A DNA stretch of 64,000 bases from Tubulanus polymorphus (taxonomy: Eukaryota; Animalia; Nemertea), in contig NC_134026.1 of the NCBI RefSeq assembly GCF_964204645.1, positions 7,215,950 through 7,279,949 of the forward strand, in the 5' to 3' direction. Positions 48,394-61,600 of the stretch are shown piece by piece. The position numbers were made by a program, and so were the translations under genes. How positions within the stretch are numbered: position 1 is the stretch's first letter; every line of letters begins with the position of its first letter. A model generated the notes under the pieces. That model had not been told where the DNA came from. It did no database searches and saw only the letters and a list, made by a program, of their open reading frames with translations.

Positions 48394-48558
48394 TGCTCGC
48401 TAGGTGGCGCGGTCATTCAGTTACACGGGGCGTTGATTTTACACTATACCTTATCTTTTCTTACGATTTGACTAGGTAGTGCCAGGATTCAGCTATGATA
48501 AACTGCTCGCTAGATGTCGCGGCGAATCTTTGTTATTAACTGCTCACTAGGTGGCACT
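48394..48558 (+). promoter_or_regulatory. Cluster of three CTCF-like motifs
   Basis: TGCTCGCTAGGTGGCGC (48394), TGCTCGCTAGATGTCGC (48504) and TGCTCACTAGGTGGCAC (48541) resemble the CTCF core CC(G/A)CTAG(A/G)TGGCGC, all in the same orientation. Confidence 0.6.
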
Positions 48559-49210
48559 TTGAACTCCCACAGAATAACTACTTGACTGCTGTTTCGATTC
48601 TAAAAATAAATTCGAAAATGGATGCATTAAATCATAGTTATCTAATCTAAGACGTCGTGCATTATGCCATAGCTCGCTTGAAAGTAAATTAATTTCAAAG
48701 AGAATGACGTCGTTAACCCCTGCTGTTAGCAATTGAATACTGACAATAGATAGTTCGCATTAACACGTGGCGTTCAATTTATATGCGCGCGCACTCGGCT
48801 GCGTTTCTGCATTTGAATTAATAATCTGATATCTCATGATTGACCGCACCCAAATATCATGAATGATTCTATTACGCGTGAAGCACTGGGGGCACTGTAA
48901 GTACAGCGTCGAGGACTGCATTTCTTCATCAGCCTTATCTAAATATATATACTTATACGCATACAGACAATCGTGTCAAAATCAGATGCACCTGAAATCT
49001 TTCCCTCAACACGTCTTTAGGAAATTGCCTACGGCAGATCTAGTCATCGAATCTAAAACGGCCAAAATGGCGTTTTAGAATCCATATAGTCTATAAGTCG
49101 ATTTGCTTTCGAATAATTCAAGAATCGAAAATCAAACTTATATCTAAATATATAGTTACGTAGCGGAGCCGTACAATGAGAACTAACAGTACTTAAAAGG
49201 TTAACTAGTT

Positions 49211-49282
49211 TATTTGAGGCGCACGAGCTTTCGCTACTGATTAAAGTAGTTTCATCAGATGAATGAAGATCGTGCGTCAAAT
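49211..49282 (-). ncRNA. Minimal type I hammerhead ribozyme-like motif (Penelope-like element type)
   Basis: Minus strand: cat-CTGATGA-a-actac-tttaatca-gtagc-GAAA-gc-TC-gtg. Same-family copies at 44024-44069 (minus) and a partial copy at ~44098-44115 (plus). Confidence 0.5.
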
Positions 49283-51166
49283 AGACTCGTTAACCTAATT
49301 AAGTACTACTCGTCTTATTATATTTAAACTAAACAGTTAACACTGCCCGAAACTTTTATCCGAATGTGAATCTATCCGGGCAATTTCAAATCTGTTTATT
49401 ACGATCGAATTGAATTTTATTCTTCTTCTTTTCCATAAGAATTACGTAATTTGTTCTTTCATACTGTACGTAATCTTATTATTCATGAAATATTGGTATA
49501 ATTTACAAAAAAATGAAGCAAATAATGATGAAAACAATAAAAACAATGTGCCAAAAATGACGTCTGTACTACGATTTGCTATCGAATAATTTGTAGAAAT
49601 ACAAGATTTACGTACTATATTATTGTAAAAATCGATATTTCCAATAAGGTTCTTCGATTCTAACAAGAATCATATAAATAAATTTTACCTACTGATCCGA
49701 TGGGCTATAGCCCGTCATTATTGCGTCGAAAGATAAATTGATTTCAAAGCGGTGATTTGGAAATACGGTCTTCAATGACGATACGTAATTCTAAATATGA
49801 TTCTAAAAAAATTTCCCGATATGAATATAGTATAAGATATCTGATATCAGAAGTAACAGCTATCATGGCGTCGTTTCTTTGATGTCGTGTATATGAATTT
49901 TCACCGCCGGTGTATTTTACACGGCTATGTCGGCATCGCTTGATGCTAAAGTATCTGTAACCTGCGTTGAATATAGTCAACATTTTACTGTAAAAACCGT
50001 TTCAATATAATGTTTTTATATATTGATTAGATTTTCATGCACTTTTTATAACGAATAGGTGAATTGTCAGAGTGGATGTGCACTACGACATCAATATAGC
50101 GATATTAGGACTACATTGATAACTACTATGCGGGGGGTACTGCGTGAGTCGATGTGCACTACGTCATCAATATAAGGGGCTAGACTGGGTGCCGGTAAGT
50201 TTAAGTTCAATTCAATAGTCGGTATTAAGTCGCAAATTCTAAGCAATGTCATTTGCTGTGGTATCCATTAACTTTCAAGTTAGTTTTCTAGTTACAAAAA
50301 CCACTGTTTGAAATAATTCGTGGATATTCGTGTTTGTAATTACTCGAATCAGAATTACTGGAAAAAGAGCAATTTTCTTTGAAAGCAATCGCGAATATGA
50401 ACTGCAAACATTTTATTATCCCTAGATCTCTTGTGATTTGTAATGTAACTGGCTCGTAGTGCGTGCTGTGTGGAGATAAAAACATGAAAAAATTCCGTGG
50501 GATTTTTTTTTCTTTCAATGAATTCATCGTTCGATAGAAAACCGGAGTTTCGAAAAGTAGTCATTGCCCGAACAACGACCAGGGACCTGAGACAAACCCA
50601 CAACTCTGGAAATGGATCCATAGTCACATTAAACTCGCAAAACAGTGGAACTGTGTCCAAGAGTCTAATTAAACCCGCACAACTGTGGAGCTGAGTCCAG
50701 AGCAAAATGTGGAACTAAGTCCAGGTTTGGTCCACATGTCAATTAGTACAAATATTTCAGGTGAGGCTTGGCGTAAAATGACGTTATCCCACTGAACAAT
50801 AAATGAACAATTGACATAAAAACTCTTGAGACGAATCGATTTCATCAGAAACAGCATCGGCCACCTCTCTCATCTATACACGTGCGATAATAGCGGGCGC
50901 TGACTTAACAACGATAGCAGTCGCTTACTTATCGGTCGATTCGAGTAGCGCAAGCGGTAACAAGATATCACATATAAGTAGGCTTTAGTCTGACCGATTT
51001 ATCGTTGCAGTATTGACAGCCAGTTCTCCTCGAATTAAACCCGATACGACTTCAGTGAGGAGAGATTGCGGTGGTGACAATGTCTCCCTGTGAACGGACA
51101 GTGTCACTCGTTATTACCGCAGTTCAATCAAATACTCCTCCCCTGGAGCGGCCACTTAATGCCCTG

Positions 51167-51342
51167 GACCCAGTTGCACAGTCATGGCTTCAGATTCAAG
51201 ATCAGCCTTTGACCAACTCAAATGGTATCAAACTAGTCTAAGGTCTAAGCTCATTTTGGTTCTCCGTCAATCTAACATCTTAAGGCCAGTCTTAGAATTA
51301 AAGACCACTTTTGGACTGTAGTCGCGACTGAGCAACTGGGTC
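51167..51342. mobile_element. PIF/Harbinger-like MITE
   Basis: TIRs GACCCAGTTGCACAGTC / GACTGAGCAACTGGGTC flanked by a 3-bp CTG duplication. Similar G(G/A)CCCAGTT-ended elements at ~10641-10762 and ~28205-28312. Confidence 0.7.
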
Positions 51343-51869
51343 CTGCCCCAATGCACTTTTTCTTGGACTTTTAAAGATCAATTTACTATTCCCTTTATAG
51401 TAATTCCATTTCCCCATGGGTCTGTCCAGCTAAAACTTGAAACCTGCTAGTGTCTTATTGGATAACACCTGATGATAAATTATTGTAATGAGAGAATGAT
51501 AGCGGGTATTGTTATAGATGCACAACTAAACTGATCGATCACCAGTCACGACAATGACCAGACAAACTCACAAACTGTGTCAATCACCACTGTTTTATGA
51601 TCTAGTGGTTAGCATTCTCTGCCGACATGCTGTAGGTCTCGGTTTGAAAACAACCAAGAATATCATCAGCCTGGAGAGAAGACGTTCATATTTTCTTAAA
51701 TTGACTGCTTCATACGTAGTTAAGTGTGGGTTCTCAGTAGTGTGAAAATCATTTGATTTTAAGAAAATCTGTAATTTTTCGCTGCAAGTGCGCAGCATTC
51801 TGATACGAAATCAGTACCATTATAAATAAACTATACACAATATATAAATACGGGATGAAAGTATCAGAG

Positions 51870-51872
<3 letters not shown>

Positions 51873-51907
<35 letters not shown>
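51873..51907. repeat. (AG)n microsatellite
   Basis: About 17 AG units. Confidence 0.95.
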
Positions 51908-51910
<3 letters not shown>

Positions 51911-52180
51911 GCTTTAGGGGAATTACACGTAATACGAGTACGTTTACGTTACAATCATCATCAACCTCGCCCTGTATTGTTCTCACTGATCTACTGCAAT
52001 AAGAGATCTACATTGAATCCACCACCTACAACAGTTTCTTCCTATCAAACACTGGTTATCATCACTGTTAGTTTATATATCAATAATCTCTGTCTCAGAG
52101 TGGGAGAGTGTCCATTTCAAACAGACACATCTGAAATTAGTTGTCGAATGAACACTATAATCCGTGTATACTGTAGATAA

Positions 52181-52317
52181 ATGAAGAAATCCCACACTTC
52201 GAATTTAAAATTATACGATCAAATTTATTATAGCTAGTCAACAGCCGAAACGTTGTGGTTTCATTATAATAAATTTGATCGTATCATTTTAAATTCGAAG
52301 TGTGGGATTTCTTCATT
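52181..52317. repeat. 52-bp near-perfect inverted repeat with a GCCGAAACGTTG-containing loop
   Basis: ATGAAGAAATCCCACACTTCGAATTTAAAATTATACGATCAAATTTATTATA is followed by its reverse complement with one mismatch. Confidence 0.85.
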
Positions 52318-52389
52318 CATTTACATCTGAAATAGTGTTGACTATACGTTTTGAATACATCTCAAATCTCAGTGCGGTTAGAGTTGCGA

Positions 52390-52670
52390 GTGGATGATAT
52401 CGATTTGAGTGGATATCGGGTGGATACTGGGATGGATGTTTCTTGCCGATGGATTTTGCTAGGGTGGATAACTGATGCCGATGGAGTGGATAGGAGGGGT
52501 GGATTTTGCTAGGGTGGATACGTAACTGATGAGAATGGATGTATCTCGGGTTTGAACACTGACGCGGGTGGATGTTGGGTGGATACTGAGGTTGGATGTT
52601 TCTGAAGCGAATGTTGTAAGGTGGATAGTGATGGGAGTGGATCACGCAACTAGGGTGGATGTAATGATAC
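52390..52670. repeat. GGGTGGATA-rich degenerate tandem repeat
   Basis: Recurrent GTGGAT/GGGTGGATA. Confidence 0.7.
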
Positions 52671-55600
52671 TGTTTAGGCTCAAGTTGATGATAGGATATT
52701 TTCATGCCGCTACAGTTTGAATTATACCAATCTACCGATGACGGATTATTAACCAGAGACAAACTTTTAGAATTATCATAACACAACTGAAGCCGCGCAG
52801 ATTCATTTCTAAGACAAATTCATATAAATTTCCAAACGATAAAAGGCGCCATTTGTCAAAAATGGTTGCGAGTGAGGTGAATTAAGCGAGGTGTTGTGCG
52901 GTGGTTCGTTGTGATATCGTTAAATTAATGTCTGTTCTCGATTTTCAGTTCAACATTGCTCGTCACGCTACTTCCGTTCCGCGCACTCCCTCGAGACTCG
53001 TTCTCATATAAAATGGTAATTTTCGTTTGAAATGAATGTTTTACCGGTTTGAAATTGTAATAGCATCGAAACACAGAACTAGGCGGGGAGGGCAGATAAC
53101 GGGATGGAGGGAGAGGGCAGGAGGACGAGAGGGAGAGACGAAGAGAGGAGGCAGGGGAAATGAGAGGGGGAGAGAGGAGACAGGGAAAGGGAGAGATGAG
53201 AGAGAGCGGGAGGGAAAGGAGTAAAAGCCTTATTTCTTGTTAAGTTCCTTTAATTACAGAGTTAACAACAACCATCTAAGCATTTATGAATATTGCCGCT
53301 GTTCTATCCAATTCTATTCTGTATTCTATTCTAGGAATTCACGGAATAATTGACGTCACGTGTGAGATATAACTGTAACAACTGTGTTTCAGAACACACT
53401 TTAATATACCTCTGGGGTGTGGTTGACAGGCTGACAGTTGCGAAGCAGAAGCTTTTGAAATATAGGCTCCAGCCCATTAGGTGTGTGTTAACTCTTGAGT
53501 CACTTGTTCATACTCAGAAATGTGAATGTGAATACGAAATACTCAGAAATGTGAATACGGGTAGAAGAATAAAGACCGTCAATTTTCTTAATAACTTGCG
53601 GTATGGCGGCCATTTGAGTGCAGAATTAATGAATTATTAACATATGATATATACTAAATAGATAGATTGATGGATAGATGTGCTCCATATGTTTGTGATG
53701 TTTTTCAGTTGTTATATGATAAATAGGTGTTTGAATAGTCTGTGAAAAATCGTCGGTGGACGGTCACGGTCGCAGACGGTCAGAGAATGATCAATCGACG
53801 CGATTGAATCATTCGAGGAGGAATCGCTATCAAAGTAACAGCGACTCAATCAATAACTACAGACGTCAACCGCTCTCAATGAAATCAAATAAATACAACT
53901 GACAATCAATGGTTATAAGCGATTATTGGCTTAGACACGAGTCATGTGCTTACGGGGAATCTGATATAACCATCACCCACTAGCTCTCCACCACTTAAAT
54001 CAATTAACCTCGGAAAACTGACCAAACCTAACCGTACAGCCAGACAGCACCAGCGAGCTGTCTCAGTTATTATATATCATAGCTTGCAGACAGATTCTGC
54101 TGAATTCTGGACATGCATCGATGTTCTGACGCATATTTGACAGGGCAACATGCATAACCATATATTCTGAGTAAGGAGATACTTCAGCAGAGCGTAGCTT
54201 TCTTAGAGCCTTATTGGATATCTGGTTAGAATTCGCAACTGAATTCTTCAGTTCTGACTTTTAAATTTGACTGAAAATGAATGCACTTTATACATGTCGT
54301 TGAATCTAACTCAAAGTTCTGTGGAACTGTATGTGGGACCAGTCAGGATTCACCATAGTCATGTAAGCTCATTCTGTATTAGATCTAATAACTTTAGACC
54401 AGTCTTGTCAGATGAACACATTTTCCAAAGTTCGGATTAAGCGAGGGCTTCATATTTGTATTCAAAAATTCAAATCAAGCTTTCAAAGAATCTGAACCTG
54501 TTGCACGTTCATGGCTTAGACTTAAGACCAGTCTAAAACATATTTAGTTCGAATCTAACAACTTAAGATCATTCTAAGATAAGGCCTTTTGGGCTTGTGC
54601 TGGCTCAATTGCAAATCCCAAAAGTCGTCTTGAATTTTTAAGACTATAGTTTTAAGTTGCTTGCTAAAGGCCCAGAACTATAAAGGTGTGATAAGACTGG
54701 CCTTAAACCTAAGCTATGAATGCGCAATTGGCCCCTGGGTTGATATGAGTCTAATAAGTCTTTAGATTATAATTTCAAGTCATTTCTACTCAGTTCTTCG
54801 ATCTAGGTTGTATAACGAAAGTCATGTAATTTGACATAAAACCGACTGTGATCGTTGTAAAGACAGATGGTTCATATTGTTATCATTGTGACACATCTAG
54901 AAAGTAACACTCGTCTCTCGCGATCGGGTATTTTATCCTCATAAATCCCTCAATGGTCCGCTTACTATAAAAACAACAAGATAAAATCAAGAACGGATCA
55001 AAAAATCATTCGCTGATTCATAGCGCAAAAATATCAGAAGCGATGAAGTGTTTAATGTGAAATTCTAGCTGTTTGAAGTCTAGTCTCTGTAGCTCAGTTT
55101 GGGTCTAATTAGGTGGTGCCGACGACGACGACTTTATGAGAAAAACTATTCTGAATATTCAGACTTCCGTCGTTTGTCTGCCGCAGAAACAGATTCGATT
55201 GTCATCCGAAATTAAAACGAATAAATTTATTTCGAATCGGAATAAATCGGGATCGAGATGAAGCACGGATGGGGCCCAACGTGAAAAGAAAAAGATGGGG
55301 CCCAATACGAATAGGAATGACGCCCAACACAATTGCGAAAAAAATTATTCATTTAGAAAAGGACCACATTTATAAATCAACTATCAGAGATTTTATCAAA
55401 ATACAGAATTATTTCGGGCTGGTTCCTACGTATACCTCCTTTCTTCAGTTTGAAATGAAATCTAAAGATCTGTATTGTGTTTTAAAAGATCTTTGTTAAT
55501 TTTGATCTCATGAATGAACTGCGGTGAATGCAACCTGTGGTGCTGCCTAGTAAGGGTTTAGTTTTGCAAGCTGTCACGGGCGAATTACTGCCGCATCGAT

Positions 55601-58600
55601 AACTAAGATTTATCGCGCATTGATTTGATTTTGTACGATTTTTACCCCAGACCAAACACAGCCACCTGTGGATAAACTGTGATCTTGATTTAACGAATCA
55701 TCCGCGTAAATTGAAGAAGGTTCAATTCACTATTTAACGTGTCATTGAAGGTTCGCAGAAATATTGTACTAAATGGACATGTTCATAATGGAAATTGTAT
55801 CGTCTGAATAACAATTTATATTGCTTATACATACAAGTATACGTCAAAACCCTGATAGTTAAGACTCATTGCGAATCTTATATTAAAATTACGTACCCCG
55901 ATTTAACCTGTTAATTCGACCGATCATCCAACTGTAATATCTGTACCTAGTTGTCCTATTTCAAATTCAAACCCCATGTTTCGTTCCCGCAGGTGTGACT
56001 GGTGGGTTTGCTAGGGCTTTTGATATATCCAGGGATTAAAAGATACTTGAATATATACATTCAACAACTTGAATATATACAATGAAGGGTTAGAATCAGA
56101 GCGATAGGTTAGGCTATAATTTTGTTAGTTAACTAAGGTTTATCATCTTACCTCGTCGCATTAGTTTGTAACGACTATAGTCTGGATGAATATAACAAAA
56201 TAATTCGCTATAGGTTCCGATATTCTTTTAGCTAATAATCCCTGGAAATATCATCAACCTTTGTAAGGGACACGCAACCATTAAAGCAATTCAAATCAAT
56301 CAGTCGAGTAGCTGAAAGGCGCATTCATCCCTATTTCAATGTGAAAACCTCAAGTATGAAACAAAGTTCAGTTCATTACTATATTTAAAGCTTAGTGAAG
56401 TCCAGGGGCTGGTTTGGTATCATCTTTAACCCGGCGTGGCTAACTCGATTGAAAGCGTGTTAAAGATGATACAACTATCGATAGCAATCTCGAAAAAGAA
56501 TTCAGTTAGAACCCTTAGATTTAAGACCAGTATATATTAAACCGGGTCTTGATGATGAATTCTATTGATGATATCTCGAGTTGACACTAGCACCAGCAGC
56601 AGCGAAGGCAGCAGCACCTTCAGGAGACAGGGGAGATGAACTCTAGTGACAATGTCACTCACCACCTCCGGAAAATCTACTAATTTTAACCTTCGTCAGA
56701 ATTAATATCCCAGAGCACACTGCAGTGTAGCGTGTTTGAATTTATCTATTAAGAAAATGCGCTGCTTGTAAAAAGCCTCGCCCTTTCGCAGTTCACTACA
56801 ATCAGATCTAATTGAATAGATCATACTCGCTTACCAGGGATGGAATTCGTCTGTTTATGAAACCGAAGCGACGTCTAAGAACTAATTTGAAGAGTAATGA
56901 AACTGAGAATATATCATACAAGGGTAATTTACCTAAAAGAAATTAAGTCTAGCCAATTTGCTTTCGAATAATCTGTCAAATACAAAAAGATTAAGATTCG
57001 CATAATACTATATTTTTTGAAGTCATTTTGTAATCGAGAGAACTAAAATATAGCATTGATCACCCGGGAGACATCGTTTCAGGAATTGGTTCCTTTTTTT
57101 ATTATAGTCAGTCAACTCGCCAGGTGGTGGTGTTTGTCAAGACCACGAGTCACCCCAAAAGCGACGTGTAGTGCTCGATTTAAACAGAGAATTCTGTTAA
57201 CTCGACCGCCGATCATACAACTATATCTGTACTTCGATTTCCGATTTCATAATCAAACCCCCTAGAGTTTCGCTCCCGGCAGGTGCGGTGGGTCTGTAAG
57301 GGACACTCAATCAAACGAAATTTACCAACCAAATAAAAAAAACAGGGTCAATCCCTATTTCAAGATCAAAAGCGTGCCGCGTCTGTTCTAACCGGAATTT
57401 CGATCGCGAATTAAGTGCGTTTAGGTCTTAAAACACAGAAGAATCTATTTAAGATTCACAAACAGTTTGGCAACCAGTGATAAATCAGCCAGCGACTGCC
57501 ACAACGGGCATTACCCGTTGTTGCTGTAAAAATCTTATTTTTCTAAACGACCATTAACGTCGTTGTAAATATATTCAGAAAAATGTTTCGGTTCTAGGAA
57601 ACATTAGCAGAGCATAGCGAGGATTGTATTTTATCGGAAATCAAGCTGTCTTTCTTTAAACGAGCCAGGCGGAGCGGTGCGAGGTCGGTTGATCCTCGTG
57701 ACTGCTGTATAGTTTTATTGCCTCGCGGAATGGGCTACAGTCTGTCGCGTGCTAGCTCAATATAATCTGTCTCTCAGTAAATCTGACGAATCGTTGACAT
57801 CAGTAAATAAAACTAATGCATGTCACATCAGTTCGTGTGTTGTGTCAGTATTATATCATTAATTATACACGTGCTGTCCTACACCCCATGACTCCCCCTC
57901 CCCGCAACTTACCCCCCCCCATCCACCCCCAACAATTTACTCCCTCTCCTTCCCCTTGTAATTGATGATGAAATACAATCGTATGCCATAGAGTGTAACG
58001 TCTAGTTTATAACTGTGTCAAGTTAACATTTTTCGTAAATAGTTAAATCTTAACTTGCAACCATGGAACTGGATTCTTTGTCGTTTGAGTTTGACTCAAT
58101 GGAATTAAATCGAGAATTGTGGAACATTACGGCCCAATTTCGTGAACAAGTTGAACTAACTTTTTGGTTTATTTGCTGAATTGGTTGCTTCAAGTTTTCA
58201 ATGATATTCGAAAACAACCGTTTAAAGCTTAAACTCATTCATGAAACTGGTACCAGGGGTCCAGATTGTAACCAAGATGGAAGATATCGTTTTGATTTTA
58301 ATTGAAAAAATTATAGAACTTCGCGTCAATTAAATATCGGATTTCGATTGAAATTTTCCTTTAAGATAAATCCTAGTTCTCCGATAAAGACTCGGTTTCA
58401 TTGATTCACTGTTAGATTTATATCCGAAATCTGTTGATCTTAAAATATTCAAATCTACAGTCAAACTGTGGAACTGGATCCACGGTTCTGGATCCAGTTC
58501 ATCAGTTCTGAGTAGAATTTCACTCTAGAATTAAAACATCAAAAATGTTCCGCAATTGTGAGTTAAACCTTGAGTTAAGATAAGTTTATTTCCAATGAGT

Positions 58601-61600
58601 TAACTCTGAGTCAAATCTTTACTCTTCATACAATATATGATATATGTAATTTTTTTATATTTTTCCTTGTTGAATTAACAGGACTCCGAGCTACGGTTGT
58701 TAATTCAGGTAACTTCATTTTCAATGAGTTTACGCGAAGCATTTATCAAATCTCAACTTACAACTGTGGCGCAGAGAAAAAAAATAAACACGTATATACG
58801 AACTTTATGTTTGAAGTTGTATTTTATACTTGTTTTAGTCACATTTCATGAAATACATTTGAACTTAGTTATAAACAACGGAAGTGACTGTTAATAAGTT
58901 GTCAATCATTTTCTTAAGGGAATAAAAACATCGTATGGAAATCAAAGAGAAAATGTTTGAACTTACCCTGACCCGCTGATTAGAGGCTGTTGACATTTAT
59001 AAACTCGTTAAACTGACGAGCACCCTCTCACTGAAATCAGGATGGATTCCTGACTAACCGCAGTCGCATTCCCATCCAGCAGGTGCATCTCCATCCTCCC
59101 CGTCCTCCGTCTCCGCTGCATCCAGAGAGATGAGTGGTGTGATGTCGGCAGGTAGAGTACTGACCGCTCCCCGATATTTACTGGACAACGCCCTGTAACA
59201 TAATCATAGCAGGCAATTAGCAGCTGACTCGCGTTCGGGCTTCTTCACTGGAGCCGTCATTAACAGATCAGTTTCCCTCTCTCCTCTCATCTCTCTCTCT
59301 CAATTATAATTAAAATCACGGACACTCGGAGTCGACCAGTTCATCTGCGTGTGCCGCAGCCTTGTATCTCTGTGTGTGCCGCATGCTCCTTACAAACAGT
59401 CTAATAAGTTCATCAACACGTGTGCCGTCGCCGTCGCCGTGTACGCAGATATCTCATCACCGATCCTTTCAACTGTCGCGCACTCATTGTCCATCCGCTC
59501 CAAATGACCAGTCGATTCTTCTATGACTCTGTCGACAGCTGCTGTTGTCATTTCTGCTTTCATAATTCCGTAATTCGAAACACATTTGAAACGAAGTCGT
59601 TATTCGATACAATAGAGTCATCCGCACCGACGAGTTGACTTGTTTGACCGATATCAAAATGTCACCGGTGACATGAAACCCGCCCTGTCGCCGGCGATGT
59701 AGACGCGTACACGTGGCATCCCGTCCAGCGAGAGGCTGAATATACGACATCACTCAGCGTTTCAACGTAACGCTAACGCTGCTGCCTGCGCCGCCGAGAA
59801 CTGATACGGCTTACACGGCGCAGCTAACGTCAACGCTTGATTGTAACTTATTGACGCCGGTGTTTATTGCGTCGCGCCAGCGTTAACGCTGCGGCGTCCG
59901 AATTGAAGCGTTGAATTGAATGATTGAATGGTCAAACAGGATTGTGTAGTATTCAACTGATCAACGCTCCTTTTTCCATCCCTCTTATTCCAGTGCTCGC
60001 GAAAACGAAAGTTTGGCTTCGCTTGGACCATACGGAAAGCTAATTCTTTTCTTTCGAATGTTCTTCCCTCTTAATTTGACACTGGTCAGTTCCACAGTTG
60101 TGTGGAACAAACTTCGCTCTGAAATCCATTTCCACAATTGTATGGGTTTAATTTAACTCTAGGTCCAGATCCATAGTTGTGTGGGCTCAATTTTACTCAG
60201 GGACTAGTTGCACAGTTGCGTGAGTTAAATTTGTCTCTGAACTCAGTTTCACAACTGTGTCGGTTTAATATGACTCTGAACCTATTTCCACAGTTTTATC
60301 AGTATGTTTTACTCGGACCCAGTTCATATCTGAAACTAGATTGCAACCACATCGGTATTAAATCTAGCCTCCCCTGATGCCTGCGCTATATCAGATTACA
60401 TTGAATTTCGCTCAGACATCAACGTTCCTTTTTTCTATCAACGGATAATTCGCATCACGACATTCACCGGAAGTGATAAAAATGTCGGCGGCTGCTGTTG
60501 TAACCTGGTGACAGTAAGTGCGGTTAAATCCTCGTTGAGTCAGGTCATGTCTCCACGCGTCATACCGGCGTTTTATCACTAGAACACGATCAACTTCCAT
60601 CCTTTCTACGTCGTAGATGTTCCTCTATGTGTCTCTGTTACATACTGTGTCGTCTTATCTCAGAAAAAAAAACCTGCGAATAAAAATCTGACATATGACA
60701 CGTGACCCTGGCTGTTCAATAACACCTACGCATGCGCGACACCGGTGGTACAATCAGAAGTCCATGACTCTGACACCCGTATCGATATCAGCGTCTAGAC
60801 AAACTAAGGTTACTACATTTTTATTCACCTGCGAGATCAATTAACAAGCAACTTTAAGGTGGTGGTACCTTGTTTCCTGTATTCGGCCAGGTCACTTTTG
60901 TAAAATGCAATAGAATTAGTTATGTGTTCATTTAACTACCGCGTCTGTTATCGTTAGTAAGACAGATGTACGGAGTTAAGGCGGTCAACTTTTAAGCTCA
61001 GCAGAAGTGAGGAATTAAGGAACAAGGTATGACGATAATAAAAAACGATATATACTTCGCTATTCTAACAGGACTGCAAATTCTCCAAACATCATCGCAT
61101 GCTAGTTGATATCAGTTGACTGACATCGTAATAATGTCATCGGATATATTAGCGCTGACACGCAAAACAAAAATGAAATAACGATATTTTTGCAGTTAGA
61201 TAGTCGTTTTCGTTTATAGTAGAAGCTCGACTTCTAAGTCGATCAAACGCAATCGTAAACTAAAGATGTTACATTTCGATGAGTATACGTATAAGGCTGA
61301 AACGTTGTAACTGCCCGCCTGATGGTTGTGACCGAACGTCGCAAGATTTTCGTACGTACCAGGGATGCACGTAAAAAGGACAGGAATAAAGAGGGATGGG
61401 GATCGGAGTTAGAGAAAGAAGGGATGAGAGATGGGAGAGAGGGAGGGAACGAGGTAGAGGAGAGATACAGGGAGTGAATCGATAAAGTGAGCGCAGGGAG
61501 CGGGAAAAGGGGAGAGAAAGTGAGAGGAGAGAGAAAAGAAGGGAAAGTGAGCTAGAGAGAGGAACGATAGTTAAAGGGAATTAACTTAGTATCTGACTAT

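Noticed and set aside
59013-59056. Hammerhead-like CTGACGA...GAAA
   Set aside because: Stems I and II do not pair and the UH site is out of register.
59796-59810. miR-184-like GAGAACTGATA
   Set aside because: The seed (GGACGG) is absent and there is no hairpin.
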